Positions 1 through 13,112 of a stretch of 64,000 bases of DNA are shown piece after piece (position 1 is the first letter of the stretch; each line of letters begins with the position of its first letter). A program made the position numbers and the translations under genes. The notes below the pieces were generated by a model that was given only the letters and a program-made list of their open reading frames with translations, was not told the DNA's origin and searched no databases. Origin of the DNA: Tubiluchus corallicola (Eukaryota; Animalia; Priapulida); NCBI GenBank assembly GCA_030141605.1, contig JAQGDQ010000198.1, positions 248,001-312,000 of the forward strand, in the 5' to 3' direction.

Positions 1-349
1 GGGCTGCGATGCTGCATGTGCTACTTTAGAAAATTTCGTCAACAAAATGTGAATTGATCTTGCGACGCAAAACGTATTTGAGAAAAATTAGCTATATTTA
101 AACTCACACGGTTTGGATAGTTTGATAACATGGCTCAGACATAACTGTATCTCTTAAAAGGGATACACTAACGAATTCATAAAATTTAACAAATTTATTA
201 AACCGTATAAACTGATTTTAAATAAATGTCCCAGGCAAAGTTTACAAAGTTCTGTCCCTTTTTTACATCGAATGGAATTTTTTAACTGCAATTTTGTCAA
301 AGTGCTTGTTGCTGAAGTTGTTTAGAAATGCTACGCCCACATACTGTCT

Positions 350-712
350 AGACACTGGTTTACTGCCCTGGTAAATACTGATAAAAAAGCTGTTGATATC
401 GACAGAGCTATTTATATCAACTTGTGTGATTTATTACCCTGCTGGGGGTTTATACTCGAGTAATTTCTATTGATATAAACAGTTTTTTATCAGTGCTTGC
501 CAGTGTACTGAACAAGTAACTTGTTTATGTGTTTGCACCCTTACTAAAAATATACGAGCTTGTAAATAAGATTATTTTGTTCGTCATATTACGTGGTTAG
601 CTTTTTTATCAGTATTTACTATGCACTGAACAAGCTACCTGCTTATGTGTCTGCACCCTTACTAAAAATATACATATTTGTAAATAAGATAATTTTGTTC
701 GTAATATTTCGT
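350..712. repeat. Palindromic segment plus ~120-bp tandem duplication (MITE-like remnant)
   Basis: About 353-408 (..tactgataaaaaagctgttgatatcgacagag) is an imperfect inverted repeat of about 464-512. 485-590 is repeated at 602-710. Confidence 0.6.
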
Positions 713-874
713 CACCAGTTGTCAGCTGTAATAATTGCCGTTATTGCAAATGGGACCGATGCTTGTCTTTGCTTGCTTGACGGTCGCTGGAATATAGGCA
801 AAAATTGCGCAGGTAAAAATGACACATGAAAATGGGCACAAAAGCAAATGTAGGAAAAAATGGCACATACTTAA

Positions 875-1788
875 AGCTAAAATGCACTCAGTAGGAAACA
901 GACCTCCGCCAAAGTCGAACAATCTTAAACATGTTAGTCTGATTTTATAGGAAAAAATGCAAAGCAAAAATGAATAAACAAACATACAAAAATATATCTA
1001 TTTAATAATTAATTTTGATTACAGTCAAACTTCTTTTATTCCGCCTAGCTTGGGATTATGTAGACAGCTAAATAACAAAATATTTTGTTTATAAAATAGA
1101 ATTATGATCAACAACAGTGTACGAATATTCTACTTAGAGTTTGTCTACAATTCTTTGACCCTTATGACATTGGTGATATAGACTTACAGACTTACCGTTA
1201 TCTCATACTGAAAGTAGTTTATATAACTAAGCAAAGGTTATAGGCAGCGTTACATACTCTTACCAAGCGAGAATTCCTCGAAATGGAACCTGGAACTAAT
1301 TCGTAGTCATCCGTCCCGGCTGAGGCGTTGACTTACTGTGTCTTGTAGACAAGTTCCTCCTCTTACCAACGAGCTATAAAATTCCCTCCGAGAACTTTAC
1401 GAAGCGTTCCAAGCACTCATTTTTCTGTACATGACGTTCTAACAACTTTTGTTGCAAAAAATGAGAAAAAACTCTCCTTCTGGCAAATTTTTACCACTCC
1501 CCCGGCACCAAATTCTTCTTGCTTATCCTGTGACTTATGTCCAACTTCTCCATAAAGTTTCATGGAAATCTGTGAAATAGCTTTTGCGTAACTCGGTTAA
1601 CCATCTAACTAACGAATCAACGGCGATGGAAACCAATCTCCTTGACGCAGGTAATCGTAATCGTAACCCACGAATCGTAATTTTTTGGACATTATATTGA
1701 TAACTAACAGACAGACAAACAAACAAACAAACAAATGACCAGACAAACAAACGACGTTAAAAATGTAAATTCTTTGGCAGAGGTAAAA
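875..1788 (-). mobile_element. HINE/DINE-1-like (Helentron-associated) non-autonomous element
   Basis: Subterminal inverted repeats acctccgccaaag (902-914) and ctttggcagaggt (1772-1784). There is a (CAAA/CAGA)n microsatellite near the 5' end, and the minus-strand 3' end reads ctttggcggaggtctgtttcctactgagtgcattttag. A diverged copy lies at about 24350-24780. Confidence 0.6.
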
Positions 1789-2389
1789 ATAATTATCCCT
1801 AACAGTAACCCTAACAGTAACTCATATTTTATTAAGTGTGCCAGTTTTTTCCTATGCCTTTTTTGCATGTACCATTTTTAATGTGCACCATCGTGAAAGA
1901 AAACACAGTCACTGCGATAGAACCGTAGACGTTGCCAAGATTTTCCTGGAACAGTAACTAAGTTTGGTGATTAAGACCTTGGGAATATGTGCGTTCTCAC
2001 TTATCAATATGAATAAAACTGAAGAGAATCCTACCACTGACATTTGGGCTTGAGCAAAAACTACGTACTCAAAATCAACAGTGAAAGTAGTATCTTGTTA
2101 TACCTTCTAGAAGACTCTCACATTGAAATGATTTATTGCCCTTGGCAAAAAACCGGGTACTTTATTTAAACAAGCACTAAATGATTTTTGCAACCCCATC
2201 CTACTTGATTTATATCTATCTGTTGCTGGGCTCACGTTCACAACCGTTGAAGTAAGACTGGTAAACCTGAAGTAATGAGCGAGTCGTATTGCCTTTATAT
2301 CTCTTTACAGCTGTTAATTATATCTAGTCTGTTTTTATGTATGATCTTAAATTAAAACATTCTGACAACTTCCTTGCTTTTGCTTGCTT

Positions 2390-3102
2390 AGTTGGCTGGC
2401 TTATTCGCTGGCTGGCTGATTGACAGACTGACTGACTGACTGACTGACTGATTGATTGACTGTCTGACCAATTGGCTGATTGGATGGCTGTAACTTACTG
2501 ACTAACTGACTTACTATCTGGCAGACTACTTGACAGACTGACTCAGTGGCTGCTAAGCTGATTGACTGACTGACTGAGTGACTGCTTGGCTGATTGACTG
2601 ACTGATTTGATTTAATTTAATTCTTTATTTCGAACTAAGTTGATAGAATACATAGCATAAAACATTTACTAGACAAAGAATATTATACAAATCATTGTAA
2701 CCCCTGCGGGACTGACTGGCTAACCGACTGACTGATTGTATGATTGGATGGCTGTGACGATTGACTAACCGACTTGGATGGCTGTGACAATTGACTAACC
2801 GACTGGTTGCTTAACAGACTGGCTAAAGAGTTATTTTTAGCTTTAAGTGGCTGATAATCCAACCAATTACTGACTGACTGACTCACTGACTGACTGACTG
2901 ACTGACTGACTGACTGACTGACTGACTGACTGACTGACTGACTGACTGACTGACTGACTGACTGACTGACTGACTGACTGACTGACTGACTGACTGACTG
3001 ACTGACTGACTGACTGACTGACTGACTGACTGACTGACTGACTGACTGACTGACTGACTGACTGACTGACTGACTGACTGACTGACTGGCTGACTGACTG
3101 AT
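2390..3102. repeat. (ACTG)n tetranucleotide microsatellite, pure at 2868-3102 and degenerate upstream
   Basis: Directly visible. It explains the SQSV-repeat ORF 2692..3105. Confidence 0.97.
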
Positions 3103-5482
3103 CAAATAAGCCAGCTAATGAATAAAAATGATTTTGAGAATTGAATTTTTTTAGTAGCCCTAAGTTTAAATTGTAACGTTATCGTAGGAACATGATGAGG
3201 TCCATTATGAGGATTGAGAAGATGGATCAATAAATATGTAGCTCAGTATTACGTGTGGCTGCTTTGGCAACCAGTCCATAAAAATTTAATATGATCTTGT
3301 AGAACCGGCACACTTTCCCGTCCTTCACGCGTCCTTCAGTGAAGTCGGAAGCTGCGAACGTGTGCGACTGGCTGATAATACTTCCACTGTAAAAATAATC
3401 CCTGGATATTTATTCCGTAGCTATAATAAATTTGTGCTTTCAGCGCGTGGTGTGGCTATACGTGATGTTGTTTACATAACTGGTTTTCTAGGCCGGCGCA
3501 GTCTTATTTTGTTAAAATTAAAATAAAAAATGGTCAAGTCTGGCTGGGTTCGGGCGGCCTGGGAAACCCCAGTAAAAGTCTCCTGTTGCTGTTTTTCTGC
3601 AGCTGACGAAAGTTTGTGCATGGATTGCAGAACTACATGTTAGTGTTTATTTTGGGCGATGGCCTTGGGTTTGTCATTTTAGCTCGATATGGGATCTTTT
3701 GCTTTTTCTTAATGCCTATTTGGCGTATTACACTGACGTATGACACACAGAAACAGAGATTCAACTTTTTTAATCGATGATTGCTCATTGTAATGTGTTT
3801 TCTCACATTGTCTATAATATATCCATGTCCAATGTTTTACATGCAGCTGGAACTAGAATCTTAGTCAGTAGTTCGTAAGACGGAAAACGCAGGAAATAAG
3901 ATAAGTTGACTTCTAACTGGAACTTCCTCCTGGTTCCCTTACGTAGCAGTTGTCCTATTCTTCCACACAATCAGGCTGGAGAAATGGCTTTTGACAAATG
4001 ATGTAGAATGTTCATTGAGTGAAAAAACTGAGAACCATTTATTCTCGTAATTTTAGAATATGAAAACTTATTTCACCAGTCACCGGTGTCTAGAAAAACT
4101 ACAGTCCCATTTCCAAATTTGGTCACTACGTACTGACAGTTAGCGTAGATACATAGTCACATAGATATACACATTTTTGCCCTATGTTTTGCAAAAGCTC
4201 TGTACTGAAACAACTTCCACTATCGATGCATGCGACTCTCACGTGTTTCGGGGAGGAAGTCTTGTTTGTTTTGCCAGTTGATGGTGTTAATATTTAACAA
4301 GCTAAAAATAAACACGTTAGGGCTAAACATAATGTTTGTAAGGCTGCTGAGTTTGAGGGTTGTCTGCTTTCATAATGTGAATCTATTAAACGTCTGTTGC
4401 TAACTTTACTCGTGTACTGAACGACAGGTACAAAGACCAAATATCCAGTCATTTCAAAAGGTTTAACTAAATAGCTTCAATTTCCAATTACAATTTTATC
4501 TGGTGCATAACTTTAATCTGTCAAACTGTTCTAGTTGTCTTAAATCGTGACACATGCACGATTTAACCGCAACAATTAGCTCACGCTTAACACTTATGGA
4601 TATAATTTGATATTGTGTTTAATTAACTGTCATGTTGTTTTTAAACAACAGTTAAGGTTTATAACACTAACAGTTTCATAAATACATTTATACAGTATTA
4701 CAAGAAAATCGTCAGAAACATTTATTATGTCTTGCATTTTGAGGTCACCGGCTATAAGTGCGGCATTTGAAGCACGTGAATTGTTCGTTGGGGTATCACT
4801 TACTAACACGTGGACAGCTCATAGGGGCAAGCCAATGTAGGGCGCCCAACATGGTGCTCATTGACCCTGTCAGAAATAGCTTCCTGCCGTCATCAGTTTG
4901 TAAACAGTTGCTGCTTTTCATTAAGCAAAAACTCATATAGAGTTAATCCTTTATGTAAAGTGGTCTTGGATCAGTAGGTTATGTAGACCTACTATATTTA
5001 TTTACGCAAAGTATCAAACTATCAGCTGATGAAAATTAGAGTTTGTTTAGTCGCATTTTTGTGCGACAAACATGTCTAGAATTGTGTGCGTCATTTAATA
5101 GGGAGTTTACCAAGGATTTTGTGCACATGTATTCAAAATCTATATATTTATGTATGTAAAATGCCAATGGCACAATTGCAAACGTTTGCCATTTATTGTG
5201 CAAATTTATGTGCAAAGCTTAGTAGACGTAACTGATTGCCACACTGATCTAACTGATAAAGGATCTAGCAAGCTTTCATATTTTCTTCCTGATTCGTATC
5301 TCGTACACTCCGATATAGAATCATTTTTCCCTGATTTTTAAACCTTTATGCAGTTTTTACCATGTTACACCACGTCACGTATTTGCTTGCTGTATCATTT
5401 ACTGTACAATTTACTGGATACGTGTATTCGCAAAAGTTTATGTATGGGTGTACATCGTGCAAACGTTGCATTGCCAATTATA

Positions 5483-6223
5483 CCAGGTGGCGCAAAAAAT
5501 TGCCGAAATTTTGGTCACAATATGATAAAAAGTGAATAACGGAATCAATTGAAAAGTGAAGCGCTGATTATATACGCTTATGTATAAACACTTCTTCCCT
5601 TAGATTTGTACAAAAAGATACTGATATTTTGAACCAACCAGTCACAAAAAATAAATGCCGGAAATTTTTTTTGCGTATTACTATTGCTAAAATTTACAGC
5701 AAATGCTTTATGTGTCCGTCATTTTCAATGGAAACTAGAAGGTGTTTCTTCCAGCAGCTGACAGTTTCTCACGGTATTTGGTCCCAGCACTCAACAGTTT
5801 TTGCCTTAAGTTCCTCTGCGTCAAACGGCTCTGCGCGTCCATTGTACACTTCCTCTTTAAGGGACTTCCAGATGTCGCTAATCAGGAATGCCGTTTTTTC
5901 TTGGCAACATATCTTTATCAGTACTTTTTTCCTCTGATGATGACCATAATGTAAGCTATTGATACCTTTATTGTTTTGTTCCATGTATTAAGTGCTTTAT
6001 ACTTCATTGACCGTGGTTTTCAGTTGACGATTAGCTGACGTTGTCCCGGCATTTAATTTTTTAACTTATAAACAGCTATAAACATGTAACTTTCACAGCT
6101 AAAAGTTACTTTTAATATCTATCTTAATATCTGGCTGAGAGGTGTCAACTTTGTAGGGCATTCGTTTTTGATGATATTGCAGTCTAAACTTTTTTTCTTG
6201 GCACATTTTACTGCGCCACCCGA
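5483..6223 (-). mobile_element. Internally deleted Tc1/mariner-superfamily element (possibly maT/DD37D-like)
   Basis: Imperfect TIRs ccaggtggcgca..tgccgaaa and ttggca..tgcgccacccga, flanked by TA at 5481-5482 and 6224-6225. The minus strand encodes a transposase C-terminus (IWKSLKEEVY..ELKAKTVECWDQIP*..IENDGHIKHLL). Confidence 0.8.
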
Positions 6224-6410
6224 TATATGTGTGATTAAGGTAGTCTGCCAGTTTTCAAATTTTGAGAATTGTAAACTAACAGCGTAAAGTTACCCTACGA
6301 CTGAGAGAAATAGTCCAACATTTGTAGCAATATATTCGTCAATCAGAAGCTTCGAAGTTTGTATCCCTCCTTTTAATTTATAACATGTGTTATTAACCTT
6401 ATTTTGGCAG

Positions 6411-7247
6411 CTATAAAGCCCAACCTGGACCATTACGTATTTGTAAAAGCTAACGAAGAAGTTGATGGAGTATTAGTAGAAGAAGAGACTGTAGATACCA
6501 GGTACGAAATTGTGAACACTATGTAACACACACATATTGTTATTTTGCTGCTGACTTTGATAATAATCAATTTTATAATACTTAGAAATCAAACTAAAGA
6601 TAGATCGAATTTTTGTGCCGTGAAAATACTCTGACTGAGTATGTCTGACTGACTGACAAATAACCCTTGCTCCTTTGTCCCAAACAATTTAACATTTCTG
6701 ATTTCATGATCTTCAAACCTTGAGATTAATTATAACTGCTGAAAGTGTAGCAAGACTGCTTAAGTAAAAAAGTAAGTTGTGACATTAAAGCTTGAGTAAA
6801 GTTGTTAATAAAGTTTTTAAATACAATTTCAATGTGACAAGAGCTAAAAAGTCGAGATTAGTAGGCTAAGTCTGCCGATGCTCGCCATAGCTTTTATATT
6901 CAACTACTTAATCAGCCAAGCCCAAAAGCATTTTGCACAAAATCAATATTGCACGAACACACTTCATTTTAGATAGTTTTTGATTACTGCTCTTTTAATG
7001 ATGTGACAGTAATGGTTTTGCGTCACGCAATTTTCCAAGCTAGAATTGCCCGAAATGGAACCAACACTTAAGTAGCCCTTCATTTAGTTAAATATGGTCA
7101 GTTGTTTTACCTGATACTTAAAAGTGGTTTTAAACTTTGGTTTATTGTAGAGAAGAAGTTATGAAGATTGACAAGGATTCTCAGCACATAATGAAGTACT
7201 CCGTGGTTGCACAGCATGTGGCTGATGGATCTTTATCTCTAGTTTAA
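6411..7247 (+). CDS. GINS4: DNA replication complex GINS subunit Sld5, last two coding exons (6411-6501, 7151-7247)
   Basis: AG/GT-bounded, phase-compatible exons translate to IKPNLDHYVFVKANEEVDGVLVEEETVDTREEVMKIDKDSQHIMKYSVVAQHVADGSLSLV*. This matches the recalled Sld5 C-terminus (PDLDSYVF..ILVE..GSQHLIRY..LVASGAVQLI). Upstream exons were not found and probably lie left of the window. Confidence 0.88.
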
Positions 7248-8644
7248 ATAAACTATAAAGGCTTTGTCGTTGTAAGAATTTAATTTTGTATTATTATTTA
7301 CAATCTGTGAAACTTGTTGTAAATAAGATATTTTTATGTGTTGTCTAGGTTTTCATTTAGCTATTTTCAGATAAAGATTTAGTTCAGAATTGCATATATT
7401 CGATTTTTGTTGTCCACATTTTTATTTGTTGAACAACATACCAACTTGACTTCAACTTGATGGATTCAAAAAAAGGTTACTCTACTTTCTTTTCAACTGA
7501 AATAGAAACTTCAGTGTATATTGCTAAAACTTTTTTGTAGTTGCCCTCGTGTAAATATTCATCGCATGTAAATATAATAACAACTTGTTAAAATTATGTG
7601 TACACATTTAATAAACCATACAAATTCTATACATTATCTGATTGTTGAAAGTTTGACTTGCGCATCTTTACCATTGCGGTATAAAATTTGGTCCACTTGG
7701 TTGATTTCACCATTCCCCCCTTGATTTTCAGCTAAATGTTGAAAACACTGTGATCACTTTGCATTAGTGTCAAATAAAGATGCTTTTCAACAAAATAACC
7801 ATTGCAAATATAAAGAAAACATTAAAAAGAGACTATTTACAAGTACATGAAGATGCTAGCACATTGGTGACCACAAACATGTCCTGCCTCATTACAAAAT
7901 TATGTGCATTAGTTGATATAGCGAACGTAGACCCAAAATGTCTTGCATCTGACCACAGAAAGAGCAACACCTGTATCTTTGTCATCAGCACGTAATAATA
8001 GTAATTATTATATTACCATTTTTAGACATCTGAATTAAACTTTACTCCTCTTCTGGCAAAATCAATTGTATAGTGGCGGGGTTTCTCCATATGCAATCGT
8101 TTCTACTCTTTCTGTATTATTTTTACTAACTTAATATTCTATTAACTATTAATTTATTTATTTTAAATGAATGATGTTCAGCTACTATTTTTTGCCTTTA
8201 ATCTTTATTTTCCCATGTGTACATACTGTTTTAATATTTTCACTTGAAGCTGGTTAGGACGAAGGCTCGTGAAAAAAATAGTATATTGTAAAACTGTAAA
8301 GAGCGTTCAACGTTTTATACATAAACTAAATTTATTATAATCATGTTAAACAGTAATAATTTATTAAAAACAGAATACGTATCTGATAAGTGTTTCAGTT
8401 CAGTCTTGGTATCAGAGCTCTGTTGCTATATACACTGATACATGTACATGGTTCTTTTGCAGGCATTTATTTTAGAATAGCAAGTAGTACTGCTGCAGTA
8501 GTATTTTTACAGCATACAGAAAACGATGGCAACTGTATAGTTAGTACTGCATATATTTTTTAAATGACTGTACAAGCTGCGTTTTTCATAACTTTATTTA
8601 CAATATTACATTGTTAGCCGACTGTTGCGGCCCGAGAATATGTA

Positions 8645-8732
8645 CACGTGTAGCCGCTACGCTTATAACTCCGCCCATTTCGATTGTGATTGGTTGCCTA
8701 TAAATTGCGTTGCAAAATTTCTGATTCACGTG
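8645..8732 (+). promoter_or_regulatory. Probable core promoter of the PPP1R3 gene
   Basis: CACGTG 8645-8650, GC box CCGCCC 8671-8676, reverse CCAAT 8689-8693, TATAAA 8699-8704, CACGTG 8727-8732. A strong donor GAA|GTAAGT follows at 8924. Confidence 0.65.
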
Positions 8733-8923
8733 CCTGGGTTGTGAAAACGCCGGTAGCTGAACGTGATCAGCTGTAGTCGCTAGTGGTAAATATGGAAGAT
8801 GGTTGGTTGGAGAGGTTTTCTCTTTGATAACGGAGGTTGAAGTCTACCGTGGATTACCTTCTTATTTGCTTGTTAATACGAAAATTATTTGTAACAGGGT
8901 TGTAGGTGTTGATATTGAACGAA
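8728..8923 (+). other. Predicted 5' leader exon of PPP1R3 (intron 8924-12208)
   Basis: Lies downstream of the TATA box, with donor GTAAGT at 8924 and acceptor ttatttAG at 12208 just before the CDS. It contains two short uORFs. Confidence 0.55.
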
Positions 8924-11900
8924 GTAAGTGTTTTTGTGTTCGTGGGCGCTAATCGCGTCGGAAATACTCTGTGTAGTAACAGCGGCTAACTTGAGCTTCA
9001 GTGACAGTGTATGGGATGTTTACTGTACACTGGTACAGTAGAGTGATGCTAAAAGTAGATTTTTGCAATTTGCTGAGCTTGAAATTTGTAGCCAAATAGC
9101 TGAAATTTTCGCTACTTTAACACTATAGTATTAATATTATTACTATATTAGTAAATAATATTGTTAAAAGTTCAAAAGCAATGCTAATAATACTAGTAAT
9201 ACTAATGTAATACTAATAGTAAGTTTCGAGTAGTAGTATATTTCGACTGGAATTAATACAGGCAAAAAGAAACAGCTTAAAAAGTAAAAATTGACCTACG
9301 AATAGAAAATAAAGCTAAGGTAGAATTTTCCAAATTTATTTTTTTACTATTTGATACAAATATTTTCATGAAACACTAGAGTAAGCGGTATTATGAATAA
9401 ACAAAAATCATTAGTAACTGTGGTGCACCTAAAGTTATATAAACTGTAGATTATTTTGACTCGGTCTAAATTGAGTCTACCTAGGTTCAAAATAATATGT
9501 ATCATAAGTGCAAATTTGTTTCTTCTGAGCAGCTTCTCTGAGTCAAATGCAAAGAAAACTGCTGTGCCGGACAGGGCTGTGGTGACATTAGACCAAGCCC
9601 TTGTCTCCTAAACTTTAGAAGATCTGACTGCTTCCTCTGAATATTATGCTTCGATGTAAGGCTAACCCAGAGTCACCATTAGTTAACTACCATGTTAAAG
9701 CTACTTTCTGTCATGTTAAGTTACAGTGAAATTAACTTTAATTCAAGATGAGCACCTAAAAGGACGTGACAAACAGGCTGAAGCACGCTACACAAAAAAA
9801 AATAATAAAATTCAAAGCTTTCACTTTTTAATTAGTATTAAGTACTTTAGGCGTTATTAAGCTCCTCATAACATATCCACTTGAAATAATACAAAATTAT
9901 AATAATGACAAAAACAGTTTTACCTAGGTTGAATGATAACTTGAATTGAGCCACTCATAAAATTATCGTATTGCTGTTAAAATTGTAGCATTAATATACC
10001 AATCTGCAGTTTAATTTTTGCATAGGTCTACAAAATTATTTCACACTCCATATTCATATGCCATACTACATAAGGAGTGAGGCTTAGTTTTGGGGTTAGC
10101 AAAACAAAAAAGGGAAAAGCAAATTTTATTTGCTTATTTCTTTTATGTTTATTAGCACATGGCTTGAATTGCCCAGCCTGAGCAGCAGAAGTTAGAGTTA
10201 GTCCATTTTTTACAACTGCTTTAGCAAAGAAATTGTTTCATACTATGACTCCGATTCCACAGCACTGGTACCGGGTAAGCAGAAGTGCAGTACTATGTGG
10301 AAAACTACACAAACCTGTCATGACATTATGGTAGCTTTGCGAAATCATGGATTTTTCCCAGCAGTAAACGTAAAAGCATATTAAATTTTTGCGTCTCACT
10401 CGGTCACCCAGCAGCTTGGTATTTTTGCAAACGTGTATATGTGGAAGATTTCTGCTTTTGGAAAATCATAATAAACAGTGATGTCATCACTAGCTGAGTC
10501 AGCAGTTAAATCTCTAAGTAAATAGTTAGTATAAGAACTGATAGTTTTGAGTTTAGCAGGTTTTTGCCAGCTAATACCCAAATTACCATTATCATAGTCT
10601 CCGTATTTTTTTATTAGGGGTTCTAAAAAAATTATGAGGCACCAATATGCTTTAAAATTTGCCAAGAGCAATTTTTGTAGTGATACAGCCAGGGGATCAA
10701 ATGTATATTTTATCCTTTGTCAAAAACAGCTAAAATTGTCGTATATGTCATAATTTTTAGATAGTGGTTCATAATCTTACTTTAACTAAACATTTCCATG
10801 AAGTATTTAATTTTTTCCTTAATTGTGCACATATTTCGTAAGTACTTTTAAATTTTACAAGTGTATATAAATGGTAAAAAGTTTATTCATTTATTTTATT
10901 AAATAGTGAAAAAACATGAAATATGCTAAAAGAAAAAGAAAAAATTATAATTTTTGAATTTTGTACTAATCTTATTTTTGCCATATATTAATTATTTAGG
11001 GCATTAGGCATAAAGTGTGTAAGAAAGTGTGATATTATGATCAGTGTGCTGTGGCAGCCTCGAGGATGAAGAGTTCAGCATTAGTGATTTACTAACGAAT
11101 TCCAGATTAATCACCGTAAATGCAACTTACATACCTGTTCAAAAGATAATACTAGCTAGTAAACTGTTTTATGTGTAAAGAAAATGTGTGGTCATGTAGA
11201 TACTAGTATGAAGATGTTTATTACTCAACACTCGCTATGCTTTTGCAAAAAAATAAACTTGAATTCCACTTTTGAGTGTCAAAAGCTTGTTATAGTGAAT
11301 GCTGTAGTTTTTATTGTGGCAAAATTGTTAACTAGCTCATTTTAATTAAGCTGGTGATTTGTGTGCTAATATCTTTTTGTAAAATATCAGTGAAGAAAAC
11401 GTGAGTTTACTTGATTCTTTTGTCCATTTTTGTAACACATTAAAACGGGTCGTAATTACTTTTCATAACACTACATAGCTTGCCAAACTAGGTTTTCCCA
11501 CACTTGTTTACAAATGCTGTTTGCTGTAAACACCACACTTGAAGTCTCGACTTTTTGCCACCTTTTTTTAGATAGCAGATAATGGGTGCATACTTTTTAT
11601 AACATATATACAGTGTTGTGCTCTGTACTTTTGGATTCACTGCATTTAGCCAACAAATCTTCTTGAAAAGCATTTTCTTCAAATAGTTGTCATAAAATAT
11701 TATCCTTTTATTGTATCTATGAGTGACATTTTACTTTGTTTATTAACAGGAAATGATTTAGCACACAAAATCATTTTAATGCTCAGCTGTGCTTGGTGAA
11801 ATGTATCCTGCAAATATGCGTGTATTTTTTCAAAGATTCTGATTCTTACATGTCTGTTGAGTACTAACACAACTTGCTATGATTCATATTAAAATATTAA

Positions 11901-12233
11901 ACTCATATTAAAATTGACAAATGTTTAAGCTCGGAACTGAAATAAATAAAATCTTCATTTCCTTGCATTGACACTAATGCATGGCATTGATTTTGTTGGA
12001 TACCATATCCCTTATTTTTAGCAATGAATTTCCAGGACTTTTTAGAAAAATATCTTTATGCCTGATTTTCTCTTATCCAAGTCACCAAGATATTTTCTTA
12101 CTGTTTTTGTGTTAATTTGTCACTAGAAGAACTTTAAACAGAGATCAGTTTTTTTCTTTACATGTACCGACATTCTGTACTATGGCATGTGTTTTTTCTG
12201 TTATTTAGGTGTGCTAAATGAGCAAGAGTGAAA

Positions 12234-13112
12234 ATGCCCGTCGACTGTGGCTTGTTGTCAGCCAGTCCTCCTATGTTTGCATTTAGTTTGGGCAGCTACC
12301 AATCAAGAATGCCATATCCTCCAAACCATACCTTTACTAATGGTTTTGACTTTGATAATGGCCTAAATGGTCTTAAAATGCCCCCTCGATCCTGCCTCTG
12401 TCCGCACACAGTTAAGCCTAAAAATGGATATGTGCGAAAGAGCCAGAAAAGGGTGCAGTTTGCAGATGACAAAGGTTATGCCTTATACACTATACGGGTA
12501 ATGTCTGAGCCATCAGATTGTCCACCAAAGTTACAGGAAGATGTATTAGCATCAGTAATAGCAGATGCAAATGCTGCAGCGAGATCTACGGCTCCTTGGG
12601 AGCTGAATTTTAAACAACCAGCAGCTGATTATCTAGAATACAGGAGGCGCTTGCAAACAAATTCTGTTTCTTTGGAAAATGTGATCTTGAAAGAATATCA
12701 GCTAACAGGCACAATAAAAGTGAAAAATTTGTCTTTCCATAAGCAAGTAGGTGCACGGGTAACCTTTGATGGCTGGGAGTCATTTGTAGATATCCCAGCC
12801 ACTTACGTCAATGATGGCTCATCCGGGAAGAGTACTTTCGACACTTTCTCGTTCATTGTATACATCCCTCCAGAAACAGGCAAAGATAACAGGATTGAAT
12901 TCTGTGTGTATTATCGAGTCAATAACCAAGAGTTTTGGGACTCTAACGATGGCAAGAATTATTCCCTTATACCAACAGATTTGAAGCATTCTCCAGTTGA
13001 TGTGCTAGATTCAACAAAATCAGTCAATACTGAAGCCATACTCATGAATCTTGATTCCTGGTCAGAATTTGCAGTGTGGAATAAAACAAATGACTCATTG
13101 CCATATTGGTGA
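12234..13112 (+). CDS. Protein phosphatase 1 glycogen-targeting regulatory subunit (PPP1R3B/C/D family, CBM21)
   Basis: PP1-docking RVxF motif (KRVQFADDKG) and CBM21 signatures (VSLEN, GTIKVKNLSFHKQV..R.TFDGW, IEFCVYY..EFWDSNDGKNY). It also has the family-like N-terminus MPVD..SPP and C-terminus SWSEFA.W..PYW. Single coding exon; true ATG taken as 12234. Confidence 0.95.
   Translation: MPVDCGLLSASPPMFAFSLGSYQSRMPYPPNHTFTNGFDFDNGLNGLKMPPRSCLCPHTVKPKNGYVRKSQKRVQFADDKGYALYTIRVMSEPSDCPPKLQEDVLASVIADANAAARSTAPWELNFKQPAADYLEYRRRLQTNSVSLENVILKEYQLTGTIKVKNLSFHKQVGARVTFDGWESFVDIPATYVNDGSSGKSTFDTFSFIVYIPPETGKDNRIEFCVYYRVNNQEFWDSNDGKNYSLIPTDLKHSPVDVLDSTKSVNTEAILMNLDSWSEFAVWNKTNDSLPYW

Noticed and set aside
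2692-3105. 137-aa SQSV-repeat ORF
   Set aside because: It is a translation of the (ACTG)n microsatellite.
3600-4465. Candidate upstream GINS4 exons (about 3603, 4057, 4428)
   Set aside because: Similarity to Sld5 is weak and the phases or stops do not fit a consistent model.
8645-8770. Canonical ChoRE (two E-boxes 5 nt apart)
   Set aside because: Single E-boxes are present but no convincing 5-nt-spaced pair.
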